A stretch of DNA of 64,000 bases from contig JBLKOM010000002.1 in NCBI GenBank assembly GCA_047602755.1, positions 56,272-120,271 on the forward strand, in the 5' to 3' direction. This DNA is from Candidatus Woesearchaeota archaeon (GTDB lineage: Archaea > Nanobdellota > Nanobdellia > Woesearchaeales > JACJVV01). Under the pieces are notes generated by a model. It was given only the letters and a program-made list of their open reading frames with translations, made no database searches and was not told the origin of the DNA. Below, piece after piece: positions 56,067 through 64,000 of the stretch. The position numbers and the translations under genes were made by a program. How positions within the stretch are numbered: the first letter of the stretch is position 1; each line of letters starts with the position of its first letter.

Positions 56067-57203
56067 TTATTTTCCTTCAATAATCTTTTTAGTAATTATA
56101 TTTGTAATTTTACCTTGTTGCAATATCATTGTTGATTTGATTATCTCATCATCAAAATTTATTTTTCTGGTTTTTATATCTTGAATTAATAATTTTAGGA
56201 AATTAAAAATATTTGCTGAAAACATTTCAGTAGAATGTATTGCAACACTTCCAGGATAATTCGTATGTCCTGCAATTTTAACTCCGTATTTTGTTAAAAT
56301 CTTACCCGGCTCAGTTAAAGCACAATTTCCACCTTGAACAGCTGCCATATCTATGATAACACTACCTTGTTTCATTTTCTTAACCATTTCTTCATTTATT
56401 AAAATTGGTGCTTTTTTTCCTGCAACCAGTGCAGTTGTTATTACAATATCAGCATTTTCAAGCCGTTTTGCAACTTCAGCAGCTTGTTTTTTCAAGAATT
56501 CTTTAGAAACTTCTTTAGCATAACCATTTTTATCGCTAACATTATGTTTATTATTTTTATCATTTTCAACTTCAATATATTTTGCTCCTAAACTTTCAAC
56601 TTGTTCTTTTACTTCTGGCCTTACATCTGATACTTCAACTAATGCACCTAATCTTTTTGCAGTTGCTATTGCTTGTAAGCCTGCAACACCAGCTCCTAAA
56701 ATAACTACTTTAACTGGATTTATTGTTCCAGCTGCAGTCATCATTAATGGAAATATTTTAGGTGATAAATATGCAGCCATAATAACTGCTTTATATCCTG
56801 CGATATTACTTTGACTACTTAAAACATCCATTGATTGTGCTCTTGTTATTCTTGGAATAAGATTTAATGAATAAACATCAATTTTTTTTTTAATACATTT
56901 TTTTATAGTTTCAATATCTGTAGGATCAAATAAAGAGACCCATATTGTTTTTTGAATTCTGTCAATTTGATCTCTTGCAGGTTGATTTACTGCTAATATT
57001 ATATCTGCACCTTCTAATGTGGTCTTTTGATTTGGAGCAATTTCTGCTCCTGCTTGCTTAAAATCTAAATCAGAAATGTTACTTAACTCACCCGCTTTAG
57101 ATTGAATTCTAACTTTAAAACCTAAATCTTTCATTAACTTTACAGTTTTAGGAGTAACAGCAACTCTTGGATCCTCTTTTTCTTTAGGTATTGCTATAAT
57201 CAT
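56067..57203 (-). CDS. pntAA: NAD(P) transhydrogenase alpha subunit part 1 (dI, alanine-dehydrogenase-like)
   Basis: 378 aa with an AlaDH/PNT N-terminus and a Rossmann motif (VVILGAGVAGLQA). Confidence 0.85.
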   Translation of the reverse strand: MIIAIPKEKEDPRVAVTPKTVKLMKDLGFKVRIQSKAGELSNISDLDFKQAGAEIAPNQKTTLEGADIILAVNQPARDQIDRIQKTIWVSLFDPTDIETIKKCIKKKIDVYSLNLIPRITRAQSMDVLSSQSNIAGYKAVIMAAYLSPKIFPLMMTAAGTINPVKVVILGAGVAGLQAIATAKRLGALVEVSDVRPEVKEQVESLGAKYIEVENDKNNKHNVSDKNGYAKEVSKEFLKKQAAEVAKRLENADIVITTALVAGKKAPILINEEMVKKMKQGSVIIDMAAVQGGNCALTEPGKILTKYGVKIAGHTNYPGSVAIHSTEMFSANIFNFLKLLIQDIKTRKINFDDEIIKSTMILQQGKITNIITKKIIEGK

Positions 57204-57333
57204 CTTTTTTGCTTTAATCCGTTTTAATTATAAATTATATCATTATTCAATGTATACTATAAATATTATAAAATAAATATTAATAAAGCTAAAAGTTAAT
57301 TTGATATTTCCTATATTTATCCTATATTTCTAT

Positions 57334-59124
57334 CTATTTAGGAATGTCTGTTTTAATGTGAAGCTCTTTTAATTGTTCAGGTTCAACAGAACTGGGGCTT
57401 CCATCCATAGGGCATTGTGCAGACTTATTTTTTGGGAATGCAATAACATCTCTAATATCATTAAATCCACAAAGCATTGCAACTAATCTATCAAAACCAA
57501 GCCCAAAACCTCCATGAGGTGGTGCACCAAATTTAAATGCTTCAAGCAAAAAACCAAATCTTTCCTCTGCTTTTTCTTTTGGAAATCCTACAATATCCAT
57601 TATTTTTTGTTGAATATCAGGTCTATGAACTCTAATACTTCCAGATGCAAGTTCAACACCATTTAATACTAAATCATAACATGTTGCATATACTTTTTCA
57701 GGATGAAAATTATCTTTTTCTAAGTATTGCAAACATTCTTTTTTAGGCATTGTAAACATATGATGCGCAGGCAACCATTTTCCACTTTCTTCGTCTTTTT
57801 CAAATAGCGGGAAATCTAAAACCCATAAAAATTTGTAATTATTATTTCCTTGATTATTATTGCTATATAATCCTAAATCTTCACCTAATTTATTTCTTAA
57901 TTTAGAAAGAATTTCATTACATTTATTCTCTTTATCAGCTATAAACATCAAAATGCTTCCAGGTTTAGCTTTAGTTTTTTCTATTAATTCTTTTTGTACA
58001 TTTTCAGGGAAATATTTTGCAATATTACTATCTAAACCAGACTCAGTAACTCTCATCCATGCCATCCCCTTTGCACCATTTTCTTGACAAAATGTAATAT
58101 ATCCATCTATATCTTTTCTTCCTAAGTCTTTTTCAGGGTTTATACATTTAACAATTCCACCATTTTTTTGTACATCTTTAAAAACACTAAAATCAGACTT
58201 AACAACAATTTCAGTAACTTCTGTTAATTCAAGTGCAAATCTTAGATCTGGTTTATCACACCCATATTTATCCATTACATCTTTGTAGGAACATCTTAAG
58301 AATGGTATCTCCAGATTAATATTTTTTGTTTTTTTAAGAATATGTTTTATCATATTTTCGCATGCAGTAAAAACATCATCTTGTTCAACAAAACTCATTT
58401 CTGCATCTATTTGTGTAAATTCAGGTTGTCTGTCTGCTCTTAAATCTTCATCACGTAAACATTTTGCTAGTTGAAAATATCTATCAAATCCACTTACCAT
58501 AAGTAATTGTTTGTAAAGTTGTGGAGATTGTGGTAAAGCATAAAATTTTCCTGGATTTACTCTGCTTGGAACAACATAATCTCTTGCACCCTCTGGAGTG
58601 GCTTTCATTAGTAAAGGTGTCTCAATTTCAATAAATCCTTGTTTACATAAACTTTCTCTTGCAGCCATTGCGGCTTCATGTCTTATTTGAAAATATCCTT
58701 GCATTGAAGGTCTTCGTAAATCTAAATACCTATATTTTAATCTCATATCTTCATTTGCTATCTTTTTATCATCAACTTCAATAGGCGGTGTTTCTGATTT
58801 ATTTAAAATCTCTAATTCAGAAATAAAAACTTCAATCTCTCCAGTTTTAAGCCTAGGATTTGCCATCCCTTCTGCCCTGGATTTAACTATCCCTTTAACA
58901 CATATAGTATCTTCTCTTCGTAATTGATCAGCACTAGCATGAACTTCTTTGTTAAATTCAGGATTAAATACAATTTGAGTAATACCATATCTATCTCTTA
59001 AATCTATAAAAATTACTCCACCATGATCTCTTCTGGTATCTACCCAACCTGAAAGTTTAACTTCATTATCTGTATTTTTTGAATTCAATTCTCCACAGGT
59101 ATGTGTTCTTAAGCTAGTTTTCAT
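57334..59124 (-). CDS. aspS: Aspartyl-tRNA synthetase, bacterial-type (long form with GAD insertion)
   Basis: The track's 604-aa ORF probably starts at the internal Met (MKTSLRTHTCGEL), giving about 596 aa. It has class II motifs (FRALELT, GSIRVHR, GLGFDRLVAML). This is bacterial length rather than the roughly 430-aa archaeal type. Confidence 0.9.
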   Translation of the reverse strand: MKTSLRTHTCGELNSKNTDNEVKLSGWVDTRRDHGGVIFIDLRDRYGITQIVFNPEFNKEVHASADQLRREDTICVKGIVKSRAEGMANPRLKTGEIEVFISELEILNKSETPPIEVDDKKIANEDMRLKYRYLDLRRPSMQGYFQIRHEAAMAARESLCKQGFIEIETPLLMKATPEGARDYVVPSRVNPGKFYALPQSPQLYKQLLMVSGFDRYFQLAKCLRDEDLRADRQPEFTQIDAEMSFVEQDDVFTACENMIKHILKKTKNINLEIPFLRCSYKDVMDKYGCDKPDLRFALELTEVTEIVVKSDFSVFKDVQKNGGIVKCINPEKDLGRKDIDGYITFCQENGAKGMAWMRVTESGLDSNIAKYFPENVQKELIEKTKAKPGSILMFIADKENKCNEILSKLRNKLGEDLGLYSNNNQGNNNYKFLWVLDFPLFEKDEESGKWLPAHHMFTMPKKECLQYLEKDNFHPEKVYATCYDLVLNGVELASGSIRVHRPDIQQKIMDIVGFPKEKAEERFGFLLEAFKFGAPPHGGFGLGFDRLVAMLCGFNDIRDVIAFPKNKSAQCPMDGSPSSVEPEQLKELHIKTDIPK

Positions 59125-59201
59125 AATATAAGAGAAAACCCAAAACAATTTAAAAACATTATGCCTGCTCTATTCTATAAATTACTAAATTAGGAATTAT
59201 A

Positions 59202-60407
59202 ATGTTCAAAATAACTAATAAAAATAAAAAAGCAAGAACTGGTATTTTGACCACAAAATCTGGTAAAATAGAAACTCCTTTTTTTATGCCTGTAGCTACA
59301 AAGGGAAGTGTCAAATATATTAGTAGTGATGATCTTAAATTGATGAAGAACACAGCAGTAATTTCAAATGCTTTTGTTTTATATCTTAAACCAGGAGATG
59401 ATTTTGTTAAGAAAGTAGGCGGAATTAAAAATTTCATGAATTATCATGGTATAAATGCTACTGATTCAGGTGGTTTTCAGATGTATAAAGATACTTTTCT
59501 AATTAATACTACAAAAGATGGTGTTAACTTTAAAAGTCCATTTGATGGGACAAAGCATTTTGTAACTCCTGAAAAAGATATGGAAATTCAAATGAATATA
59601 GGTAGTGATATTGCAATGTGTCTTGATAGTATGCCTTTAGTTGAGCATTCAAAAGAGCGTATCTCAGAAGCAGTTGATAGAACTACAGAATGGGCAATTC
59701 GTTGCAAAAAACATCATGATTTTTTAAACAAAAAATTTTCAAAAAATAAACGTCAACTCTTATTTGGGATTTCTCAAGGCGGTACATATCCAGATTTACG
59801 AAAGAAAAGTTGTACCGATTTAAGTAAAATTGATTTTGATGGATATTCTGCAGGTGGCTTAGCTTTAGGTGAACCAAAAGAGAAACTTATCAAAATGATT
59901 AAAATTCATAAATCAATAATGCCAGAGGACAAACCCTGTTATCTAATGGGACTTGGAAGTCCTATTGAATTATTAGATGCTATTGAATTAGGAGCAGATA
60001 TGTTTGATTCAAGATTTCCTACTCAAAATGCAAGACGAGGAACTATATTTACCTCTAAAGGAAAATTACGTTTAATGCGGAAAGAATTTGAACATGATTT
60101 ATCTCCTTTAGATGAAAATTGTGATTGTTTTGTTTGTAAAAAATATTCAAGATCATTTATTCGTTATCAATTATCCCAGTCTGAAGGAACAGGTTATAGA
60201 CTTGCAACATATCATCAATTATATTATTTAACAAAACTAATGGAACAAGCACGTTTAGCGATTAAGAAAAAGAAATTTTCAAAATTTAGAAAAGAAATAA
60301 AGAACATTTATGAGAAAGCTGATAAACTTAATAACGAACAAAATAAAAAATCTAAAAGAAGAAAAACGAAGGTAAAAAAATTAAGTAAAAAATTTAAGAA
60401 GAATTAA
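59202..60407 (+). CDS. tgt: tRNA-guanine transglycosylase (archaeosine/queuine TGT family), short form
   Basis: 401 aa with the TIM-barrel TGT core (TPFFMPVATKGSVK...DSGGFQ), a zinc site (CDCFVCKKYS...RY) and a C-terminal K-rich tail. No PUA domain. Confidence 0.85.
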   Translation: MFKITNKNKKARTGILTTKSGKIETPFFMPVATKGSVKYISSDDLKLMKNTAVISNAFVLYLKPGDDFVKKVGGIKNFMNYHGINATDSGGFQMYKDTFLINTTKDGVNFKSPFDGTKHFVTPEKDMEIQMNIGSDIAMCLDSMPLVEHSKERISEAVDRTTEWAIRCKKHHDFLNKKFSKNKRQLLFGISQGGTYPDLRKKSCTDLSKIDFDGYSAGGLALGEPKEKLIKMIKIHKSIMPEDKPCYLMGLGSPIELLDAIELGADMFDSRFPTQNARRGTIFTSKGKLRLMRKEFEHDLSPLDENCDCFVCKKYSRSFIRYQLSQSEGTGYRLATYHQLYYLTKLMEQARLAIKKKKFSKFRKEIKNIYEKADKLNNEQNKKSKRRKTKVKKLSKKFKKN

Positions 60408-60463
60408 AGTTTATTATTTTTTATTATATCTTTTTCGATTATAAAAAAATTTAAAATTAATTA

Positions 60464-61405
60464 TCATATCAAAAACTTTCCTTCTTTCATAATTATTTTA
60501 TCATCAAAATAAATAGTTGGACTTTTAATTATTCCATCTAAATGTATTGGAACATTTACTTTACCCCCTAATCCATAGTTATTACCTATTGCAATATGAC
60601 AAGTTCCTTTTACTTTCTCATCCTCAAGAATACTTCCAATTATCTTTGCTTTTGGATTAGTACCTATTCCAAGTTCTGCAATATTATATGCTTTCTTATT
60701 TTTTACTTTCTTTAAAATTTCTGCTAATTTATTTGCCTCTTTTCCGCCACCTATTTTTGTAATCATTCCTTTTTCAACTTTTATTGCTATTGGTTTTTTA
60801 AGAATACCAATTCCTGCTTGACTTGCATCAACAACATAAACACCTTCTGCAGTATTTTCTAATGGTGATACATAAACTTCACCTATTGGTATATTATGTA
60901 AATCTCCTTTTTTATTCATTGATGTTTTGTACCATATTTTATTATTATATATTTTGAATTTAATATCTGTTCCGATCTTGGTTGTAACTCTAACAAATTT
61001 TACTTTTTTCATATTTTTGTAAATCTTATTATGTAATTTTTGTAATTCCTTGTAATTAATATCTACGCATCTTTCTAATGTGTCTTTTTTAATTCCAGGC
61101 ATAGTTACAATTCTTGCACCTTTTTTAGCAGCTTTTTTTACAGCATTAGTATGTGTTAATGATTTTGTTGTTATTAATAGTAATATGTCAAATTGTAAGA
61201 ATAATTTTGCTATCTCTGGAGCTGGTTCCTCGCCATTCTGTTTTCCTTCCGGTATTTCAAAACATAAACTTTTATTACCGTAATTAAAGCCATTCTCAAA
61301 AAATATTTCAGCAATATTTTTAGTTCTTTTGTCACATATAATCAGAATGCTTTCACTTTTTTTAATTTGTAACAAATCACCATATATTTTATTAACAATT
61401 TTCAT
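60464..61405 (-). CDS. Aminopeptidase (M29/AmpS-like, COG2309) candidate
   Basis: 313 aa. The C-terminal motif ELGIGTNPKAKIIGSILEDEKVKGTCHIAIGNN resembles the thermophilic metalloprotease family. Confidence 0.45.
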   Translation of the reverse strand: MKIVNKIYGDLLQIKKSESILIICDKRTKNIAEIFFENGFNYGNKSLCFEIPEGKQNGEEPAPEIAKLFLQFDILLLITTKSLTHTNAVKKAAKKGARIVTMPGIKKDTLERCVDINYKELQKLHNKIYKNMKKVKFVRVTTKIGTDIKFKIYNNKIWYKTSMNKKGDLHNIPIGEVYVSPLENTAEGVYVVDASQAGIGILKKPIAIKVEKGMITKIGGGKEANKLAEILKKVKNKKAYNIAELGIGTNPKAKIIGSILEDEKVKGTCHIAIGNNYGLGGKVNVPIHLDGIIKSPTIYFDDKIIMKEGKFLI

Positions 61406-61472
61406 TTTATATTCCTCATATAATCTGTTTCTAATTTAAATATAATACTTATATTATTTAAATTTAGTATTA

Positions 61473-62618
61473 TTACTTTTTTTGTATTAATTTATTATAT
61501 AATTTTTCATAGTCTTCGATACAATCATCCCATAAAAATTTCTTTAATTTTGTTTTTTTAGATTTTCCATTATACATATCAATTATTCCTTTTGCAATAT
61601 CTTTTGAATCTCCAGGTTTTACAAGTTTATAATTGCCTGATATAACTTCAGGTATTGAAGTAGTATTACTTGCAACTACTTTTTTTCCTAGAGCACAACT
61701 TTCAGCTACACTAAAACCAAATCCTTCTGTTAAAGATGGTACAACAACACAATCAGCCATAACTACATAATTTGGTAAATTATCCCATTTTACAGGTTCT
61801 AAGATCATAACACTTTTTTCTATTTTCTGCCTTTTAATTTCTTTTATTATATTTTTATATCTTTTTTGATATGCTTTATCTTTGCTCAATATTGCAACTA
61901 ATTTACTATTTGGAATTTCTTTAGAGACATATTTAACTGCATTTAATAAATTTTCAAACCCTTTACTTGGTCCTGGGCGTCCATAAAAAAGATAAATAAA
62001 TTCATTTTCTAATCCTATTTTTTTCCTAATTACATTACCATTATATTTCTTTTTATTCCAAAAATGATAATCAATTCCACAATAAATTATATCATAATTT
62101 TTACTTTTATTTATTTTTTTAAAATTATTAGCTGTTGATTTAGAAATAAATACATATCGTGTAAATTTCAATTTAACTATGATTCTCTCTAATATTTGAT
62201 GTAACTTTGCTGAAATTATTTTTTTCTCAAACAATTTCATCCAATCATTACCAATAACTTCATGAATGTTGATTAAACATGGTTTTTTTAAGAATCTACT
62301 TACTAAATATGCAGGTGGTGCGCCATTATATGTTGTCGTGTGTATTAAATCTGCATTTTTTGCTTCTTTTAATATTGTAGGAATAGCCAAAAAAGTAAAA
62401 AAATATCTTGAACCTATTTTTGGCACATTAACACGTATTATTCTAACATTGTTTATTATTTCTTGTTTTTTGGTTCCAGGTAATCTATGAGTTATTACTA
62501 CAACTTTATGTTTTTTTGCAATATTTTCACAAATATGTTTAAATAAAATTTCAACGCCACCAATATGTGGTAGATAATTTTCAAGAACATAAACTATTTT
62601 CATTTTGTTTGTTTTCAA
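61473..62618 (-). CDS. Glycosyltransferase family 4
   Basis: 381 aa with a C-terminal GT4 motif (EGFGFSVAESCALGKKVVASN). Confidence 0.7.
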   Translation of the reverse strand: MKTNKMKIVYVLENYLPHIGGVEILFKHICENIAKKHKVVVITHRLPGTKKQEIINNVRIIRVNVPKIGSRYFFTFLAIPTILKEAKNADLIHTTTYNGAPPAYLVSRFLKKPCLINIHEVIGNDWMKLFEKKIISAKLHQILERIIVKLKFTRYVFISKSTANNFKKINKSKNYDIIYCGIDYHFWNKKKYNGNVIRKKIGLENEFIYLFYGRPGPSKGFENLLNAVKYVSKEIPNSKLVAILSKDKAYQKRYKNIIKEIKRQKIEKSVMILEPVKWDNLPNYVVMADCVVVPSLTEGFGFSVAESCALGKKVVASNTTSIPEVISGNYKLVKPGDSKDIAKGIIDMYNGKSKKTKLKKFLWDDCIEDYEKLYNKLIQKK

Positions 62619-62635
62619 TTTTTTGATTGCATTAT

Positions 62636-62983
62636 TTATTTCCTATTTGTTTTTGATTTATCTAATGCAATATTTCGGACTAATTTCTCAACCTTATTTT
62701 TCGTTTTTTTAGTTATTATAAATATATAAAAGACAATTCCAAATAAGAACATAAAACTAATTATTATCAAGAAATCTAATGTTCTACTAATATTTAATAT
62801 ATCATTTACTATAAAATTAAGCATATCTGGGAAAATTGAAGTTAGAATTAGTCCAATCCATAAAATGCACCAAAATAAGCCTTCTTGTTCATTTAATTCT
62901 TCACGTTTATAATTTAAGTATGTCAAATAAAGAAATACCATTCCAAAAAAAATTCCTGCTAATTGAATTCCTAATAAATTCAT
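62636..62983 (-). CDS. Small membrane protein (GtrA/DUF2304-like) partnered with GT2
   Basis: 115 aa, 3-4 TM. It lies 4 bp downstream of the GT2 gene on the same strand. Confidence 0.4.
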   Translation of the reverse strand: MNLLGIQLAGIFFGMVFLYLTYLNYKREELNEQEGLFWCILWIGLILTSIFPDMLNFIVNDILNISRTLDFLIIISFMFLFGIVFYIFIITKKTKNKVEKLVRNIALDKSKTNRK

Positions 62984-62987
62984 TTTA

Positions 62988-63650
62988 TCACCTTCTAAAT
63001 CTAAATATTATCATATCAAACATAATTTTTATTCCATCTAGTACTGTAGTTCCTTTATGCTTATTTGCATAAATTGTGCTTATTGGTATTTCAATATATT
63101 TTAGTCTTCTTTTACCTGCATTAGCAATCATTTCACTTTCTACAGTGTAACTAGTTGATTTCCATTTAATTTTTTTATATGTTTCTGAAGTTATTGCTCT
63201 ATATCCTGATTGTGTATCTCTTAAATTCATTCCAAATAATAAATAAATTCCTGTGTTAAGTAATTTGTTACCTATTCTAAATATTATCGGCATTTTTTTA
63301 TTGAGTCTCCGATATCCAAAAACTATATCATATTTATTTAATAACTCTAAAAATTTAGGTATTTCTTTTGGTTGATGTTGCCCATCAGAATCAATGAAAA
63401 CTAATTTTCTCCCACCGTTATTTATTGCATATTCTATTCCAGTCTTAAGTGCTGCACCTTTTCCAAGATTAATAATATGTTTTAGCTTATGAATTCCTTT
63501 AGTTTTCTCTATTATCTGAAAGGTGTTATCTTTGCTTCCATCATCGACAACAACTAAATTTTTTGCATATTTTAATGTTTCATTTATGGATTTAGAAATA
63601 TTTTTACTCTCATTATAACACGGCATTATTACCCAGTCATTATTTTTCAT
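62988..63650 (-). CDS. Glycosyltransferase family 2 (dolichyl-phosphate sugar synthase-like)
   Basis: 220 aa with an N-terminal MPCYNESKNI...VVVDDGSKDNT motif and DSDGQH (DxD). Confidence 0.8.
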   Translation of the reverse strand: MKNNDWVIMPCYNESKNISKSINETLKYAKNLVVVDDGSKDNTFQIIEKTKGIHKLKHIINLGKGAALKTGIEYAINNGGRKLVFIDSDGQHQPKEIPKFLELLNKYDIVFGYRRLNKKMPIIFRIGNKLLNTGIYLLFGMNLRDTQSGYRAITSETYKKIKWKSTSYTVESEMIANAGKRRLKYIEIPISTIYANKHKGTTVLDGIKIMFDMIIFRFRR

Positions 63651-63658
63651 TGTTTAAT

Positions 63659-64000
63659 TTAAGATACAGTTTCAGTAGCTGTATCAAATAAATTTGGTAA
63701 TGTTTCTGTATTAACACCATAAATATTAATTTTGTTAGTGCCTTCCCAATCCACTTTCCATGTATATATAACAGTTCCTAAAGGTGATCTTTGCTCATCA
63801 AACTTATCAAAGAATCTTAATCCATGTCCTTGCATCCAATAAAGTCTTGCGAACATACTACCTACTAATTTAGGATGCATCATTGAAATTCTCATAGTAA
63901 AAGGGTCTTCAGGCCAGAACATAACACCCATCTCTAAATTATCTATAACCAATATGTTATCGTTATATTCATTTATTTTAACATCACTTCCATCTACATA
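63659..64000 (-). CDS. Hypothetical protein, probably truncated by the window end
   Basis: The minus-strand ORF is open to the window edge, and the listed Met at 63952 may be internal. No motif recognised. Confidence 0.3.
   Translation of the reverse strand, partial: YVDGSDVKINEYNDNILVIDNLEMGVMFWPEDPFTMRISMMHPKLVGSMFARLYWMQGHGLRFFDKFDEQRSPLGTVIYTWKVDWEGTNKINIYGVNTETLPNLFDTATETVS

Noticed and set aside
54929-56184. Plus-strand ORFs (154 and 154 aa) opposite pntB and pntA
   Set aside because: I/P-rich shadow frames opposite the hydrophobic transhydrogenase TM domains.
57860-59877. Short ORFs opposite aspS and tgt (57860-58087, 59159-59437, 59683-59877)
   Set aside because: Within confidently called genes or their divergent promoter region. 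No Shine-Dalgarno.
61080-63072. Plus-strand short ORFs opposite the aminopeptidase, GT4 and DUF2304-like genes
   Set aside because: Shadow frames.
1-64000. CRISPR arrays, transposases, integrases and prophage signatures
   Set aside because: No evenly spaced direct repeats, no cas-like ORFs and no recombinase-like ORFs. Base composition is uniform apart from RNA genes.

Overview
This is a very AT-rich archaeal chromosomal window of about 64 kb, densely coded on both strands. Archaeal information-processing genes place it in Euryarchaeota or a DPANN-type lineage rather than Crenarchaeota: TFE, TBP, aIF2-beta, Cdc6/Orc1, both PolD subunits, MCM, FEN1, Hjc, an archaeal histone, tRNA-splicing endonuclease, RNase Z and PheST. 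Several bacterial-type genes are also present: GyrA, SecDF, PntAB, a 604-aa bacterial-type AspRS, GatCAB and ScpB. The clearest non-coding features are a replication origin, an RNase P RNA gene and an orphan 5S rRNA gene. The origin lies between aIF2-beta and cdc6 and consists of two inverted origin-recognition boxes flanking about 280 bp of near-pure A/T. Neither RNA gene is in the ORF track, and each has an upstream TATA box. No CRISPR array, transposase, integrase, tRNA gene or recognisable defence island was seen. I found no clear-cut novel system. The most plausible places for undescribed biology are listed below. They include: a GC-enriched intergenic island with repeat and hairpin structure, a candidate small RNA locus at 21.9-22.1 kb. 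Four uncharacterised proteins are embedded in core replication or tRNA-processing operons. These are a tandem winged-helix protein beside FEN1, an ORF co-transcribed with endA, a 667-aa membrane protein between gatC and a THUMP methyltransferase, and an RPA32-like OB plus winged-helix protein beside MCM. There is also an overlapping 7TM-membrane and winged-helix gene pair, a duplicated TrmB-family regulator whose DNA-binding regions are nearly identical at the nucleotide level, and a ScpB with a roughly 300-aa acidic low-complexity tail. All calls come from reading the sequence and ORF translations by eye. No searches or folding computations were run, and ncRNA boundaries are approximate.
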